A DNA stretch of 64,000 nt from the human T2T-CHM13v2.0 reference genome, Homo sapiens. The position numbers were made by a program, and so were the translations under genes. A model generated the notes under the pieces. The model was given only the letters and a program-made list of their open reading frames with translations. It was not told the origin of the DNA and searched no databases. Within the stretch, counting starts at the first letter, position 1. Every line of letters starts with the position of its first letter. The stretch lies in assembly GCF_009914755.1 (NCBI RefSeq), contig NC_060928.1; one strand, given 5' to 3'. Below are positions 50,808 through 64,000 of this stretch, in pieces.

Positions 50808-51470
50808 TCCTTGCATTTAGACTATGGTCTCCTACCACCATATCCCACTAAAGTTAAGTCAGGGATTTTTGAAAAAATGATTGATTACAGATCTGGCACA
50901 GGAAATGCACAAGATGAATATGGAGCATCTTTTCATTTCAGAAGCTAGGAATCTATCAAAGAGTACTGGGATTACGTCAAAAATTCCCAGAAACCAACAT
51001 GCATAAACTCAACTAAATACCTGAACAAGACATTAAAATACATAAACTATATTTCACTCCATGTGTTCATAATGATGCCTCCATAGCCCACCACCTCACT
51101 GCCCCTCCAAAAATGGTCACCTTTGCAAGAATCTAGGGATCCACCATTATTTTGAAAACTGGTATATAAAGAGAAAAAAATAAAAATTTTTGTTGCCTTT
51201 TTTATATGGCTCCTATCTCAGAAGGATGATAGGTGATGAGGGAAAGTTCTTTAGAGAAATTCTGCAGCTAATAATGACAAGAAGAAATGATAGAACTAGA
51301 ATATCACCATTTTGCCACCCATAATGAATTAATGGACCTAGACAATGAATATCAAAGGTTGATAAATCATAGAAAAACATGCCAAGACATCATGTACCTC
51401 CTAGGAAGTACAAAACACCATGTAGAAAGTAATCTTGCCAAAAATCTCTCTGTATCTGAATTTAGATTTA

Positions 51471-51807
51471 CAGTAGTCCCCCCTTTTCCACAGGGAATAT
51501 GTTTCAAGACCTCCAGTGAATGCCTGAAACCATAATTGTACCAAACCCTATATATGCTGTCTTTTTCCATACATACATATCTATGATGATGTTTAATTTA
51601 TAAATTAGGCATAGTAAGAGATTAAAAATAACTAATAATAATAGAACAATTATAACAATATACCATAATAAGTTATGTGAATGTGTTCTTTATTTCTTTC
51701 CCTCTCTCAAAATACCTTATTATACTCTACTGACCTACATTCTCTCTGCAACTGACCACAAGTAATTGAAACTGAGGAAATCCAAAGCTTAGATAAGTGG
51801 GGATTAT
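51471..51807. mobile_element. MER44A (Tigger7-derived MITE)
   Basis: ta-cagtagtccccc...ttcaagacctccagtgaatgcctgaaacc...gataagtggggatta. Confidence 0.8.
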
Positions 51808-52313
51808 AGATTTAGTAGAAATAAAAAGAGAGAAGATGTGTTAAACGGCAACATGGGGATGCAATCATCCAAGTCTTAATTATGGGGACTTTAGCACAAA
51901 CCATCAGTTGCTTCAACAGAAAAACTGCAATGAGAAAAAAGGAAGAAAAATAAAGCAGATCCTATGGACTAAAAGGATTTAAGTAACATGATTAAACAAT
52001 AACAATATATAACCTTATGTTGATTCTCTTCAAGCAAACAAAGCATTAAAAATATATAAGAAAATTGAGAAAACGTGAATACAGACTGGATGTTTGATGG
52101 TATCAAAGATATTTCTTATTTTTAGGTGTAAAAATTGTGATTGTGTTTTTTATAAAGGATCTTTAGCTTTCATAGATACATAATTAAATATTTACAGATA
52201 TGATACCTGAGATTTGCTTCGAAATTTTTCTAAGTAAAAGGATGGGGTTCTAGAGGGTCTGGATATAAATGAGACAGAATTGACCATATGTTGATAATTG
52301 TGGAACATAAGAG

Positions 52314-52315
<2 letters not shown>

Positions 52316-52354
<39 letters not shown>
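52316..52354. repeat. (CA)n microsatellite
   Basis: Direct reading. Confidence 0.95.
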
Positions 52355-52355
<1 letters not shown>

Positions 52356-54822
52356 CTATGCACACAGAGAGAAATTCATTTTTTATTATTCCTTTTTCTT
52401 TTATATATATTTTTAAAGGTCTATATAAAATCAAGCTTAGGACCAGGTCTTAATTTCCAGCCAAGATCTGATCTTTCCACTAGATCATACTGCAGCAGCC
52501 ACTCATTGCCATCTCCAAAACCCTTTGTATGTAGTGAAACAGAAGCCTATATAAATTTATACTCTCAACGGGGGAGAAAACACTGCTTCTCTTTCACAAA
52601 ATATCCAGCATGGTGCCTAAGGAAAAAAAAATTACACTCCCAAGACAGTTTCATTTGTTCAGAGGGACCAAAACCAGATCACCAAACGAATCTCAGACTA
52701 TAAATTATAACATTGGAAATAAACACGGTGTTAGACAACATGAAGGAAAACAAACTAAACTCTGTTATTAAATAAACCTACAGACAGAACCTGGATGGGG
52801 ATCTGATTATAGCCATCTACTTTGAAATATTAAAGAATATTCCACCCCCACCATACTGTGCTCCAAGAAACCATATGTAAAGCGATGTCATTCTTTAATG
52901 ATGGAAATAAATCTAGTAACTGAAGACAATGCTTAGAAGTATAAAATGTGATATTAGCAATAAAAGAGCTCCCTAAGCTCATGGGTGACACTTCAGAGGA
53001 AGCACTCCATGGGTGAGTTATAGCTACAGCCCAGGCTTTGCTTTCCAGGAGATGTCCTTTAAAGTTTCCATGCTGAGCTTTCTGCCCAGAGTCTAGAACA
53101 TGTTATTCCATCTCAGACCTTCAAGGGTCCACAGCAGCCTAGAGAAAACTGTTCTGAAATTACGTAATATTTCAGATCTAATAGTTATTTTGGCTTACTA
53201 TAAATCCACTAGACGAGAGAAGTCACAAAAGAAATGTGGCTGGCCAGGCATCTCTTCTCCAAGGCTATGGATTCACATTTCAGTAAAATCTCTTCAACTA
53301 ACTTATAAATTTAGTTCTATTATTAGTAATAACAACATCCAACAGGTATCCCTCAAAACAATGGCTCTTTGCAAACACTAATTCATTTAATTATTTTAAA
53401 TAAAGGTCCACTTAGGAATTTTGTGAAAACTTCCAGCTACACTTAAATCCAGACCTTACTATTTGGATTATATTAGATCCCGCACTTAGGATCTTACTAC
53501 AGATTGTATTATATCACTCAATTAGCTCAGCTTTCTCTCACCTCTCTTGTGTTCACTCCCTATTTTTTATTTAAAATATTCTATTGCATGTACAGGTAAA
53601 TTGCAAGAGATAAGAGATAGAGACTGGGGAAGAAACATTTTACATTTTGTACTTAACTGTGTTTATTAATTGCACAAAGATTTTTTGACATTCTAAGTTT
53701 CTGATATCTTTAAAGGCAGAGAAGTTTAAGTGCATTTATTGGATAACTCTGCAATAACACATTGTGGCCCTTCCTCCTCTCCTTTCTTTTCTGTCTTTTC
53801 TGCTCCTAACGCCACAATATCTGTAAGTGGTTAAGTAAGCTTTATTACTAAGTCAACTATAATACATCAACTCATCAGAATAGTATACATACATAGCATA
53901 CAACCTTAAAAGATAGTGTTGCAAACACCACGCTGTACCACAGGAAAAAGGCTGGATAAACTAAATGAAAGTACGAAACACAAAATAGTATATATATGGA
54001 AAGATGATTATCTAAATCTTCACTTCGCATGACAGTGAGCCAATTATTCCTTGTCTTCTGAATGTATATGCATTGATTTATTAACAGAAAAATATATACT
54101 GGTAATAAGCTTGATATATTATTCCAGATTCGTGACTAGTATCATTAAAACGAAGGACAGATCTCTTTAAGGGAAGAGAAGAAGGGCTCACACAATAAAA
54201 CACAAATGCAGTTGTAAAAGTTCATAAGCAACTTGATAAGAGTATTGTCACAGGAATTAGGACATTATAGTGAGGACCTTTTTGAATTCATAAATAATGC
54301 CTTATTTGAAGATGTCAGTTCTCGCCTTAGTTTGATGGATGGTTAAAGCATAAAGTTGAGCTAATCCAGAATATCTACACTCCAAATATTTGACACTGAA
54401 ATTAATCTTGAACTCACTGTGAATCAATGCCTTTTAACTGCTTGGTTGAAATAAATCATTTTTATGACTGAAGGCAGACTACAGATTCCTCTGATGTCAT
54501 CTTTCTCTCGATTAAGACAAATTAGAAAATTTCATAAGTGGACAGCATTACATGGTCCACCCTTCTAACTCTATCTACTCCTACATACAACCCCTCCCTC
54601 TGCTCATTAGAATTGTATTAACTGAACTTCTTTTGAATTAAATGTACTGAAGCCATCAATCTATAATGAAAAATGGACTGTTTGCTTCCACCAAGTATAA
54701 TGTTCACATGGCACTGTGCTTGAGGGCCAAATAAAGAGCTTGGTCTCCTTTCTCAGTATCAGATATTATGTTTTTCCCAAACAACTAGTTTGTTTGTGTT
54801 TTTTTAAAATCTTGTGGGCCCC

Positions 54823-57267
54823 TGGTATGGTCTGGATGTGTATCCTATCAAAATTTCATGTAAAAATGGGATCCCTAATGTTGGAGGTGGGGGATAGTAG
54901 AAGTTGTTTGAGTCATGGGGGCAGATGCCTCAGGAATGGCTTGGTACACTCCTCACAGTAATGAGTGAGTTCTTGCTCTAAGTTCACATGAGATCTGGTT
55001 GTTTAAAAGACCATGGCAATTCCCCCACCTTCCCTCTTACTTTCTCTCTCACCGTGTGACATATCTGCTCCCCCTTTGCCTTCCTCCATGAGTGGAAGCT
55101 TCCTGAGGCCCTCGTCAGAGCCAAATTCTGGTGCCATGCTTCCTGTAGAGCCTGCAGAACTGTGAGCCAAAATAAACCTCTTTTCTTTATAAATTATTCA
55201 GTCCCTAGTATTCCTTTATAGCAGTGCAAATGAATTAACACAGAAAATCAGTACTGAGCATACAGCATGGCTGTAAAGATACCTGGAAATGTGAAAGTGG
55301 CTTTGGAATTGAGTAACAGCAGAGATTAGAAGAGTTTGACAGGCTCAGAAAAAAACAGGATGATGAGCAAAAGTTTGGACTTTCTTAAAGACGCATTAAG
55401 TGGTTGTCACCAAAATACTGATAGAAATATGAACAGTGAAGGCCAGGTTGAGGGGGCCTCAGATGGAAACAAGAAAGTTCCTGGGAACTGGAGTAAAAGT
55501 CATCCAAATTACTCCCTAAGAAAGAGCTTTCTGCATTATGTTCATGCCCTATGGATCTGTGGAATTTTCAACTTACAAGTGATGACTGAGGGTATTGGCA
55601 AAATGAAATTTCTAAGCAGAAAAGCATTCAAGATGTGGCCTGGCTGCTTCTACCAGCCTACAGTCAGATACGGAAGCATAGAAATGACTCAAAGCTGAGA
55701 CTTGTATTTAAAAGGGAAGCAGAGCATAAAAATTTGGAAAATTTGCAGCCTGACTGTGTGCTAGAAAAGGAAAGAGCATTTTCAGTAGAGGAATGCAAGT
55801 AATCTGTGGAGAAATCACTTGCTAGAGAGATTAGCATGACTAAAAGAGAACCAGATGCTAATAGCCAAGACAGTGGGAAAAAGGCCTTGAAGGCATTGCA
55901 AAAATTTCTAAGGCGGCCCCTTTCATTACAGGCTCAGAGGCCTAGGAGGAAAAAGTTGTTTAGGGGGGCCAGCCCCAGAGCACTGCTGCCCTGCTCAACC
56001 TCAGGACACTACTCCCCATATCCTGGCTGCTGTATCTCCAGCCTTGGCTCAAAGGAGCCCAAGTAGACCTAGGGCCACCACTCCAGAGGGTGCAAGATAT
56101 AAGCTCTGGCTGTTTTGATGTGATCTTAAGCCTGCAGGCACATGGAATGCAAGAGTGAAGGAGGTGGCAGCTTCCACCTAAATGGGGAAGCCTGGGTTGC
56201 CAGGCAGAAGCCTACTGAAGGGGTGGTGGTCCCACAGAGAGACTCTAGTAGGGCAGTGCCAAGGAAAAATGTTAGATTAGAGCCCACACAGAGTACCCAC
56301 CAGGGCACACTGCCAGTAGAGCTATGGGAAAGGGACCACCCTGTAGTCCTGAGAATGGCAGAGCCAGCAGCAGCTTTCACTGAGCCTAGAAAAGCCACAG
56401 GCACTCAACTCTAACCTACGAGGGCAGCCATGGGGACTGCACCCCACAAAGCCACAGGGGTGGAGCTGCCCAAGGCCTTGGGAGTCCACCCCCCTTGCAC
56501 CAGTCGGTGTACCAGGGATGTGGGACAAAGAGTCAAGGATTATGTTGGAGCTTTAAAGCTTAATGTCTGCTCTGCTAGGTTTCAGACTTGTGTGGGGCCT
56601 ATTGCCCCATTCTTTCGGCTCATTTCTGCATTTTGGAATGAGAATGCTTACCTAATATCTGTACCACCATTGTATCTTAGAAGTAAATAGTTTGTTTTTT
56701 ATTTTACAGGCTCATAGGTGGAAGGAAATTGCCTTGGGTCTCATATAAGACTTTGGACTGTTGAGTTAATGCTGGAACAAGTTAAGACTTTGAGGGACCA
56801 TTGGGAAGGGATGATTGTATTTTGCAACATGAGAATGGCATGCTATTTGGGGGGCCAGGGTCAGAATTATATGATTTGGATTTGTGTCTCCTCAAAATCT
56901 CATGTTGAAATGTGATCCCCAATGTTGGAGGTGAGGTCCAATGGGAAGTGTTTGGGTCATGGGGCAGATCCCTCATGAATGGCTTGGTACCCTCTTCACA
57001 ATAATGAGTGAGTTCTCCCTCTGAGCTTATGTGAGATCTGGTTGTTAAGAATATGGCACTCTCCCCAACATTTACTTTCTTTCTCACCATGTGACACAAC
57101 TGCTACTCTTTCACCTTCCACCATGAGTAGAAGCTTCTTGAGGCCCTCACCAGAAGCAGATGCTTCCTATACAGCCTGCAGAACCATGAGCCAAAATAAA
57201 ACTCTTTTCTCTACAAATTACCCAGCCAAAGTTATTTTTTAATAGCAGTGCAAAATGGACCAACAGA
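54823..57267 (+). mobile_element. Complete MST (MSTB-like) MaLR element, LTR-int-LTR
   Basis: LTRs about 54823-55241 and 56867-57267; internal region begins gaaaatcagtac; decayed MaLR ORF (GQVEGASDGNKKVPGNWSK); TSD gccc(c/t). Confidence 0.88.
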
Positions 57268-60223
57268 GCCCTGAATCTTACCACACTTCCCCCATCTCTG
57301 GTGAAAAGTGCATGGGTGTTTGTGCCCTATAATTTGTTTCCCAACATCACTCTCTATCTACTACTTTCTTCACCTTATCTATTTTCTTCATCTTGTTTTT
57401 CCATTACTTCATATTTCCCACTTAGTTTTAATTATTTGTTTTGCCATATTATTTGAATAATATTATTTGACTCTCTTTAAGTTGCCTTTGAAATAAGGTA
57501 GCATATAATTAATTAAAATTTTTAAATTACACAGAAATTCTCACTTATAAGGAATCTAATATGCAGTCCCCATTCAGCAGACTAGAGCCCCTCATATACA
57601 GAAAATGCCCAAGTAATGACAGGTATTGTTATCATTACATAATTCCACACTGTAGTATCATAGTAGTTTTCATAAACCAGATGAACACATGCATGCACAC
57701 AAGCACATGCAATTAAATAAATAGTTAATGCAAGAATCTTTACTACCATCTTCCTCATAGTATTTCCAGTGTCTGAAACATTCCTAGAGAGTGTAAGCAA
57801 TCCATAAACACTTTCTGAATAAATGAGTCAACAATGAATTTCCAGTATCATTATACTTATGTTTGTGATATAATGCTAAGGAGAAATTAGTGAAAATAAC
57901 ATGTATTTTTTAGACAGCTTGAGCACTATCCAAATGCTGATAACTCATAGATACTGACATGACATATCAGAGATAGTTTTTCTGAGATTTGCTTTTCTCA
58001 TTAATGTTCCTAGTGTTGTTATAAGGATTAAATTAAGTAGTCTAACAGAACCTGGTCCACAGAAGTTCAATAAATATTAACCCCTTACTTTCCCTCTCTC
58101 TCCTTGACCTTGCATATTCCATAGCAGTATCACAGATTGTGTGTGGGGAGGGGGGAGGGGGGATGTGCATGCACATGCAAGTAGAAAGCCTAATGCACTC
58201 AAAAGTCATTACCACCAGAGGACCATCTGTATTTCCTTCTACAACTTTCTTCACCAACCATAAATAACCTTTCTCTTTTTACCTTACTTCCCATTCTTGC
58301 TATCTGACAAAACATGGGGACTGGGGAAAGTAGACACAAAGTAAAAAGGAAGAAAAGAAGGAAAGGGGGAAGAAAGAGTGAGAGAAGAGAAAAGAGAATT
58401 TGGCTATCTCATTAGAGAAAAGAATGTGCATAATACCCAGCAGATATGAACTGAATATCCTTAAAGAGTACTACATAATGTTCAAAGGAATCCCACCATT
58501 CTTTCTTAGCAGTCACTGACTGGGAGATTACTGAACCTGAGGGATTAGCAACTTGTTAGATATGCACTGTGCTTTTAGGCACGTCCTACCAGAAAATAAA
58601 GCAGATGAATTCACTCAGGAGGAGTAACAGCTTTAAGAAATCACTGGTTCTGTGGCTAACAGAACAGAAAGCCTGACTGATCACAGCCATCTAATGTGCA
58701 GGAAGCTAAATAGTACGACTACCAATCACTCCCAGATGGCTCCTGAATCCATGCAGTCATTCTTTTGTGTGTGGTGCACTTCATAATGAAGAAGACTTCA
58801 CTCTGGAGGGTTTTTTTCACACAAAGCTTTTCAATCTGTAACCAACTCTGTTTTTGTCTCTTCATCCCAATCCCCTCCTCCACCTTATGGAGAATTTAAA
58901 AAGCAAGTACTAACCCCTAACACCTATGTCCAGGGCAATCTTTCCTAGACATACACCATTTGTCTCACTCTTCATCTTATCAAACAGCACCCTGTCCATA
59001 TTCTGGGGTCCCTGTCCCTGACAGAGGCAGCACATTGTTGGGAAGTGTTTGCCTTAGCATTTGCAGGCATTGTGCTGGGATGAGGTATCAGATGACAGGC
59101 TTTCATCTGGATATGATTTATTTATTATATCAGTACTTTATATTAGAGAAAGTGCACCAGTGTGAAAATTGAAGGGGAAACCTATTTTGGCTACGGGATA
59201 ACCTGGAAATTATTAAAGTCAAAAGCTTCTGGGTCAAAGGGTAGCAGCTTCATGTTATTAGAATAATATGTTAATATTTAAGTCCTATAACCTCTTTGGG
59301 CCTTTGAAACACCTGTGATGAAAATGGTTTTCACACTGTTAAAATGGTAACAAATAGATGGAGGCTCATTGCTTTAGTTTTGAATCTATTCGTGTGACTA
59401 AATTTTATGAGCCAATAAAACATATCCTAACATAAGTACAAAAAGATTCAGTAAAATAACATCCTGCCAATTTTTTTTTGCAACTCTGCTTTCTCTCTTT
59501 TTACTGCTACTTCGCCTCAAACATCACCCTCTCCAACTCTTCCCCTTTCCCATCTTCTTTACTCAGCTTTCATTTGATACAGCTGTTGCTGGAGAATAAA
59601 GACAAGTACTGCCACTGGGATAAATTAGAAAGTATGTTAGCTGCCCTATATTTTCTGTTATTAAATAAGATTGACACCATTGACTAGATTCTGCCCTTTG
59701 CCAAGCGATATTGCAAAAGATGTAAATCACTCGTCAACAAACAATAAATTACTTATGTGCATTTATTTCACTTTAATTTTTAGCATCAGTGTCCAAGCAT
59801 GTATATGCACACACATGCACATACACATGCTTCTCAAGATACAAATCTCTCTCACGTATCCTAAAAGTCATAATGCCAATAAACCCTCTCAAGACAGGCC
59901 AAAGGGCCTCTTTCACCTGTAATTAACAGAATGATCCAAACTGACATTCTGAGAGGTGAGATACATCAGATTACAATAATTTTCCTTTATTATTTTAAAT
60001 GTAGATGTCAAATCTCTGGAATTCTCTTATATATACACACAAAGTAGAGCAGGACTGCCATAGAAAATGCCCAGAGTTGAAAGAAAAATGAAATGGTTCG
60101 GCTAGCTTCAAACTGGAAATTATAAAAAGTTCCAGAATTCCAAAAATGTAAGAAAAGAAATAAAAATCTAAGTTAAATGTATCCTTGCCCTCAATAAGTC
60201 AATCAATTAATATTTAAAGAAGC

Positions 60224-60648
60224 ATGTTACTGAATGAATTGTGTCCCCTCGAAATTCACATATTGAAGCCCTAACCTCCAATGTAAATATATTTGGAGAG
60301 AGGGCTTGTAAGGAGGTAATTAAGGTTAAATAAGGTGCAAAGGATGGGGTCCTACTCTGATAGATTTGGTGTCCTTATATGAGGAGGAAGAGAGACCAGA
60401 GATCATTCTCTCTCTCCCTACACACACATAAAGGAAAACTCATGTAAGGAAACAGCAAGCAGGTGGCCATCTGCAAGCCAGGAAGAAAGGCCCACCAGAA
60501 ACCAACTCTGATGGCACCTTGTAACCAAATCTGATAGCACCCTGATCTTGAACTTCCAGGCTTCCAGAACTGTGAGAAAATGAATTGCTATTGTTTAAGT
60601 CACCCAGTCTATGGCATTTTCTTATGGTAGTCCTAGCAGACTAATACA
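60224..60648 (+). mobile_element. MLT1A/B solo LTR
   Basis: gaattgtgtcccctcgaaattcacatattgaagccctaacc...gcagactaataca. Confidence 0.85.
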
Positions 60649-61537
60649 AACCAGAAATATTTTTTTCTTCCAAAACATGTTATAATGATAGAGGTTGAAA
60701 AGACTTTGAAATCAATGAGACCTAGTGATAAATACTCACTTAGGGCCTCCGGAAGGACTACCATTAAGAACAAATGTTATCTAAATATTGTCCTTGAAAC
60801 AAGTCAAATCAACAGAGATGCACATTTAGACATCATTGTTTGGGTTCCTATAGAGTTATGACATCAATTTGAACTGGGGGATATTGTAGGAAATCACTGA
60901 ATGAAAATTGGTTAACATATTTATGGCACACTTTCAAGACTATAATCCTCTACACATCACCATGATATCTTAAAGGATAACATTCTTTCATATCTCAGTG
61001 ACAAAATTGTTTGCTTCACCTAATCTTCTATTTTCATTTTCACACTGACTGTGACTCCCATAAAGATCACGTTACTCTTTGTACTTAGGTTATCAGGAAG
61101 CTTAGAGCCAAACTTGATATCTATTTCCAGTAATTACACAGACTCTCAAAGTGTGTTTTCTATGAACCAATTTTCCTTATGTACTACTCTTCCATTCTTG
61201 GTTTCCCTTTGTATAGATTTCCTCAAATATTTATTTGTGTTTTATGCATTCTGCAGGCCATCTCAAATTCTATTTGAAATTATGGGGGAAATGCATGCAC
61301 AAATAAGTAAATATCATCTCATCCATCCCTATTACTCTACGTTGGGAAGCTGAGCTCTAGAATACTTTAGTGATGGGCTCAAGGTCATGCGGTCAGAGTA
61401 GGGCATAGGCAAGATCAGAAACTCAGTTTCCTCTCACTTAGTGTTCCTTTTCCTCCACCATAAAATTACCTCCCTGTGCAATGAAGGAGGAAGAAAATTC
61501 ACTCAAAAGAGAAAGCATTGCTTTGGTACATATAGCT

Positions 61538-61700
61538 CAGTGTTTCTCAACAGAGGCAAGATAAGCCTCATTTGCTTTGTCAAATTGTTCCCTTCCAGAA
61601 GAATGTTAGGCACTCTTGGTCCCTGCCCACCAATTGCTGGTTGAGCTCCCAGTCATTGTATTATCAACAACAAAAAAAGCCACATATATTTTTACCTTTC
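61538..61700. mobile_element. hAT MITE fragment (MER20-like)
   Basis: cagtgtttctcaac...ggtccctgcccacca...cagtcattgt...acaacaaaaaa. Confidence 0.45.
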
Positions 61701-61886
61701 CCAGTGCCCAACCCCATTTGATTTTTGCTTTTTATTTTTTGTTTGTTCTGATTGTTGTTTCAAAAGAGAAACAAAGGAAGTAGGAAATACTTCCTTGAAC
61801 TGGTCAAAAATTGGGAAAGTAAGGGTCAAATCAGGGCCCAAAATATGTAAATTTAACAGCTGACATCAAAATTTATCTTAGGAAGG

Positions 61887-62410
61887 TGTGGTAACGTGTT
61901 TACAAAAATGACCACAATAATTTCCCTCCCTGCCCTATGCACTTGGGTTGTTGCCTCCCACACTAGCTTTGGCCATGGCCATGTGAATAGTTTGAGCCAA
62001 TGAGACATTAGCAAATGTGACACAAGCAGAAGCTTGAAAAATCACTACAAATTGTGGCTGTTTAATACTCTGAGATTACCACGTGAAGAAGCTCAGGCTA
62101 GCCACCTGTAGGATGAGACACTGCATAGAGCATATTCAGGCAGTCTAGTTGAGCACCTCTTTCCCCACAAAACCAACAATTCTGCCTATTCTTGACTCTC
62201 GAGTAAGACTATACCAGACCAGTTCATTCAACTACATGCTAACCCCCATTGACCGCAGACTCATGAAAGAGCACAGCAGAGCTCAGCCAGGCCAGCCCAG
62301 ACTTAGAAAAATCCACATAACCCAGGGAATAATTAATGAAATTAAAAGATTTTTTTGTTTTAAGCCATTCAATTTTGGGGTGATTTGTTATGCAGCAAAA
62401 AACTAATCAT
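61887..62410 (+). mobile_element. MLT1H-like solo LTR
   Basis: tgtggt...aaaaatgaccaca...agcaaatgtgacacaagcagaagcttg...ttttggggtgatttgttatgcagca. Confidence 0.75.
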
Positions 62411-62673
62411 AAAGAAAGAAGTTGTCTTTGTTGAGGAAAATAACTTGAGTATCTGTAAGTCTGGGGAAAAATCCACAAATTAAACTGCTTTGGTAGAAGT
62501 GGGAGGTCAGAGATTATCATGAGATCATAACCCTCTCTCTGTCCCTACAAGAATTACAGAAATCTTGGGAAAAGGGAAATGGAAGGTAAATAGAGATTTA
62601 AGCCAATCATATCTAGTTCTTTAGAAGAAGCTAGTCTCCAGCTGACATCTTAAAGAGATACAGACATAAATTT

Positions 62674-62712
62674 AGATATAAATATAGATAGATATAGATA
62701 TAGATAGATATG
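62674..62712. repeat. (GATATA)n simple repeat
   Basis: Direct reading. Confidence 0.85.
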
Positions 62713-63075
62713 GTATCTTTGTTTGAGCCGCTATAACAAAATACCACACACTGGGTAATTTATAAACAATAGAAATTTCTTTGTTACAGTTTGGTGGCTG
62801 GGAAGTTTAACATTGAAGCACCTGCTTGTGAGGGGCCAGTCTCTCTGCTTCCAAGATGGTGCCTCGTTGCTGCATCCTCCAGAGGGTGCAGATACTGTGT
62901 CCTCACATGGCCAAACATACAAGGGCAAAAAAGGGGTGAACTCCCTTTGTCAACCCCTTTAAAAAGGCACCTAATCCCATTCATGAGGGGGGAACCCTCA
63001 TGACTCAATCACCTATTAATGCCACCATAATGAAGATTAAGTTTTAATATGAATTTTGGAGGAAACACACATTCA
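62713..63075 (-). mobile_element. MSTC/D-like solo LTR
   Basis: gctataacaaaataccacacactgggtaatttataaacaatagaaatt...tgaattttggaggaaacacacattca. Confidence 0.8.
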
Positions 63076-63892
63076 TTTGGATATGGAGGTGAAGATGGAG
63101 ATGGAGATGAAGACAGAGATATGAAGATATCTCCAAGTAATTTGCCATAATTATCAACATGAAATGGTAGAAAACCTCACACAAGTGTCTGTAGACAAAT
63201 CAACTCTCAGAAAACTTATTAGTCAAATGCAGTTTTTTATATTATCTTATAAAGGCTAATTTATTGACATTAATCTTTACACCAACTTGAATGAGGCTTG
63301 TGTCCAATGCCATTTTGCTGCTTTAAGAACTCACTTGCAAACTAACACGTGGACCACGTTTGTGAGACTAGTTCCTGGTGTGACTGTTAACCAAATACCT
63401 ACTTCAACACCTATGATGTCCCTTTTTTTGTTTGCCTCCTCTCTAGTATTTCCCAACAAATTAATCAGTCAGCACCGTTACTCTTCCTTGTCACCCTGAC
63501 ATTAACTAGCATCTTACCCTCAGCCCACAATGGAAGCCCCCTCCTTTATTACAGTGCTGAACTGCTCTCCAGGACAGCTCTACTTAGCAACAAGCTAGAC
63601 CCTATGGTCTATTCCTGGGACTTTGCTAAAGCAATAGAATAAATATTGGCCCCTACTACAAATTCCAAAACCTAATATCCAATTAACACATATTAGTCAT
63701 CTTCCGATACATTTGGCCTCTTATTTACAGACAGTAAAGAAATTATCAATTATCAATCAATTTTAAATATCTAAAGTATTAGAATTGACAATATGAACAT
63801 AGTCCAAAATGCTATACTATTCTCCAAGCAAGAAGCCAAGTTTATTTTCATCGGTGGTATGTTCATAAATGCTGACAGCTGTATACGTAGTC

Positions 63893-64000
63893 TGTGGCAG
63901 ACTGTCTTTCCCAGAGATGGCTGCAACAGTATCTCCTGTCCCAAATGCTTTTCTAAAACCTTGCCACTCCGCATCAAAACACAGAATCTAATTTTCCTGC
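63893..64000 (+). mobile_element. MLT1 LTR 5' part, runs off the window
   Basis: tgtggcagactgtctttcccagagatggctgcaacagtatctcc. Confidence 0.55.

Noticed and set aside
55336-57242. Multiple ORFs
   Set aside because: Fragments of the decayed MST internal ORF and LTR.
58143-58163. G-rich tract as a G-quadruplex element
   Set aside because: Only three clear G-runs in a low-complexity context, with no supporting features.

Overview
AT-rich, repeat-dense primate (hominoid-like) genomic DNA. I found no host protein-coding gene I can support. Almost every ORF in the track is a decayed retroelement frame or chance. The main feature is a two-LTR HERV-K(HML-3)/MER9 provirus on the minus strand (2445-8478, CTAAA target-site duplication). 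It carries three in-frame internal deletions (matrix, capsid-to-dUTPase, and env SU-to-TM) and a positionally conserved set of splice sites that would give a Rec-like accessory protein. That splice layout is the most interesting signal here. Also present: a full-length L1PB carrying a nested complete THE1; a complete MST element; a solo HML-5 LTR (LTR22) with a perfect 6-bp TSD; a very short young L1PA2 insertion; a twin-primed inverted L1 with a probable target deletion; a candidate ancient L1 3' transduction; and Alus, MIR/L2, DNA transposons and microsatellites. Family and subfamily names come from recalled consensus motifs, not a database search. Boundaries of the old repeats are approximate.
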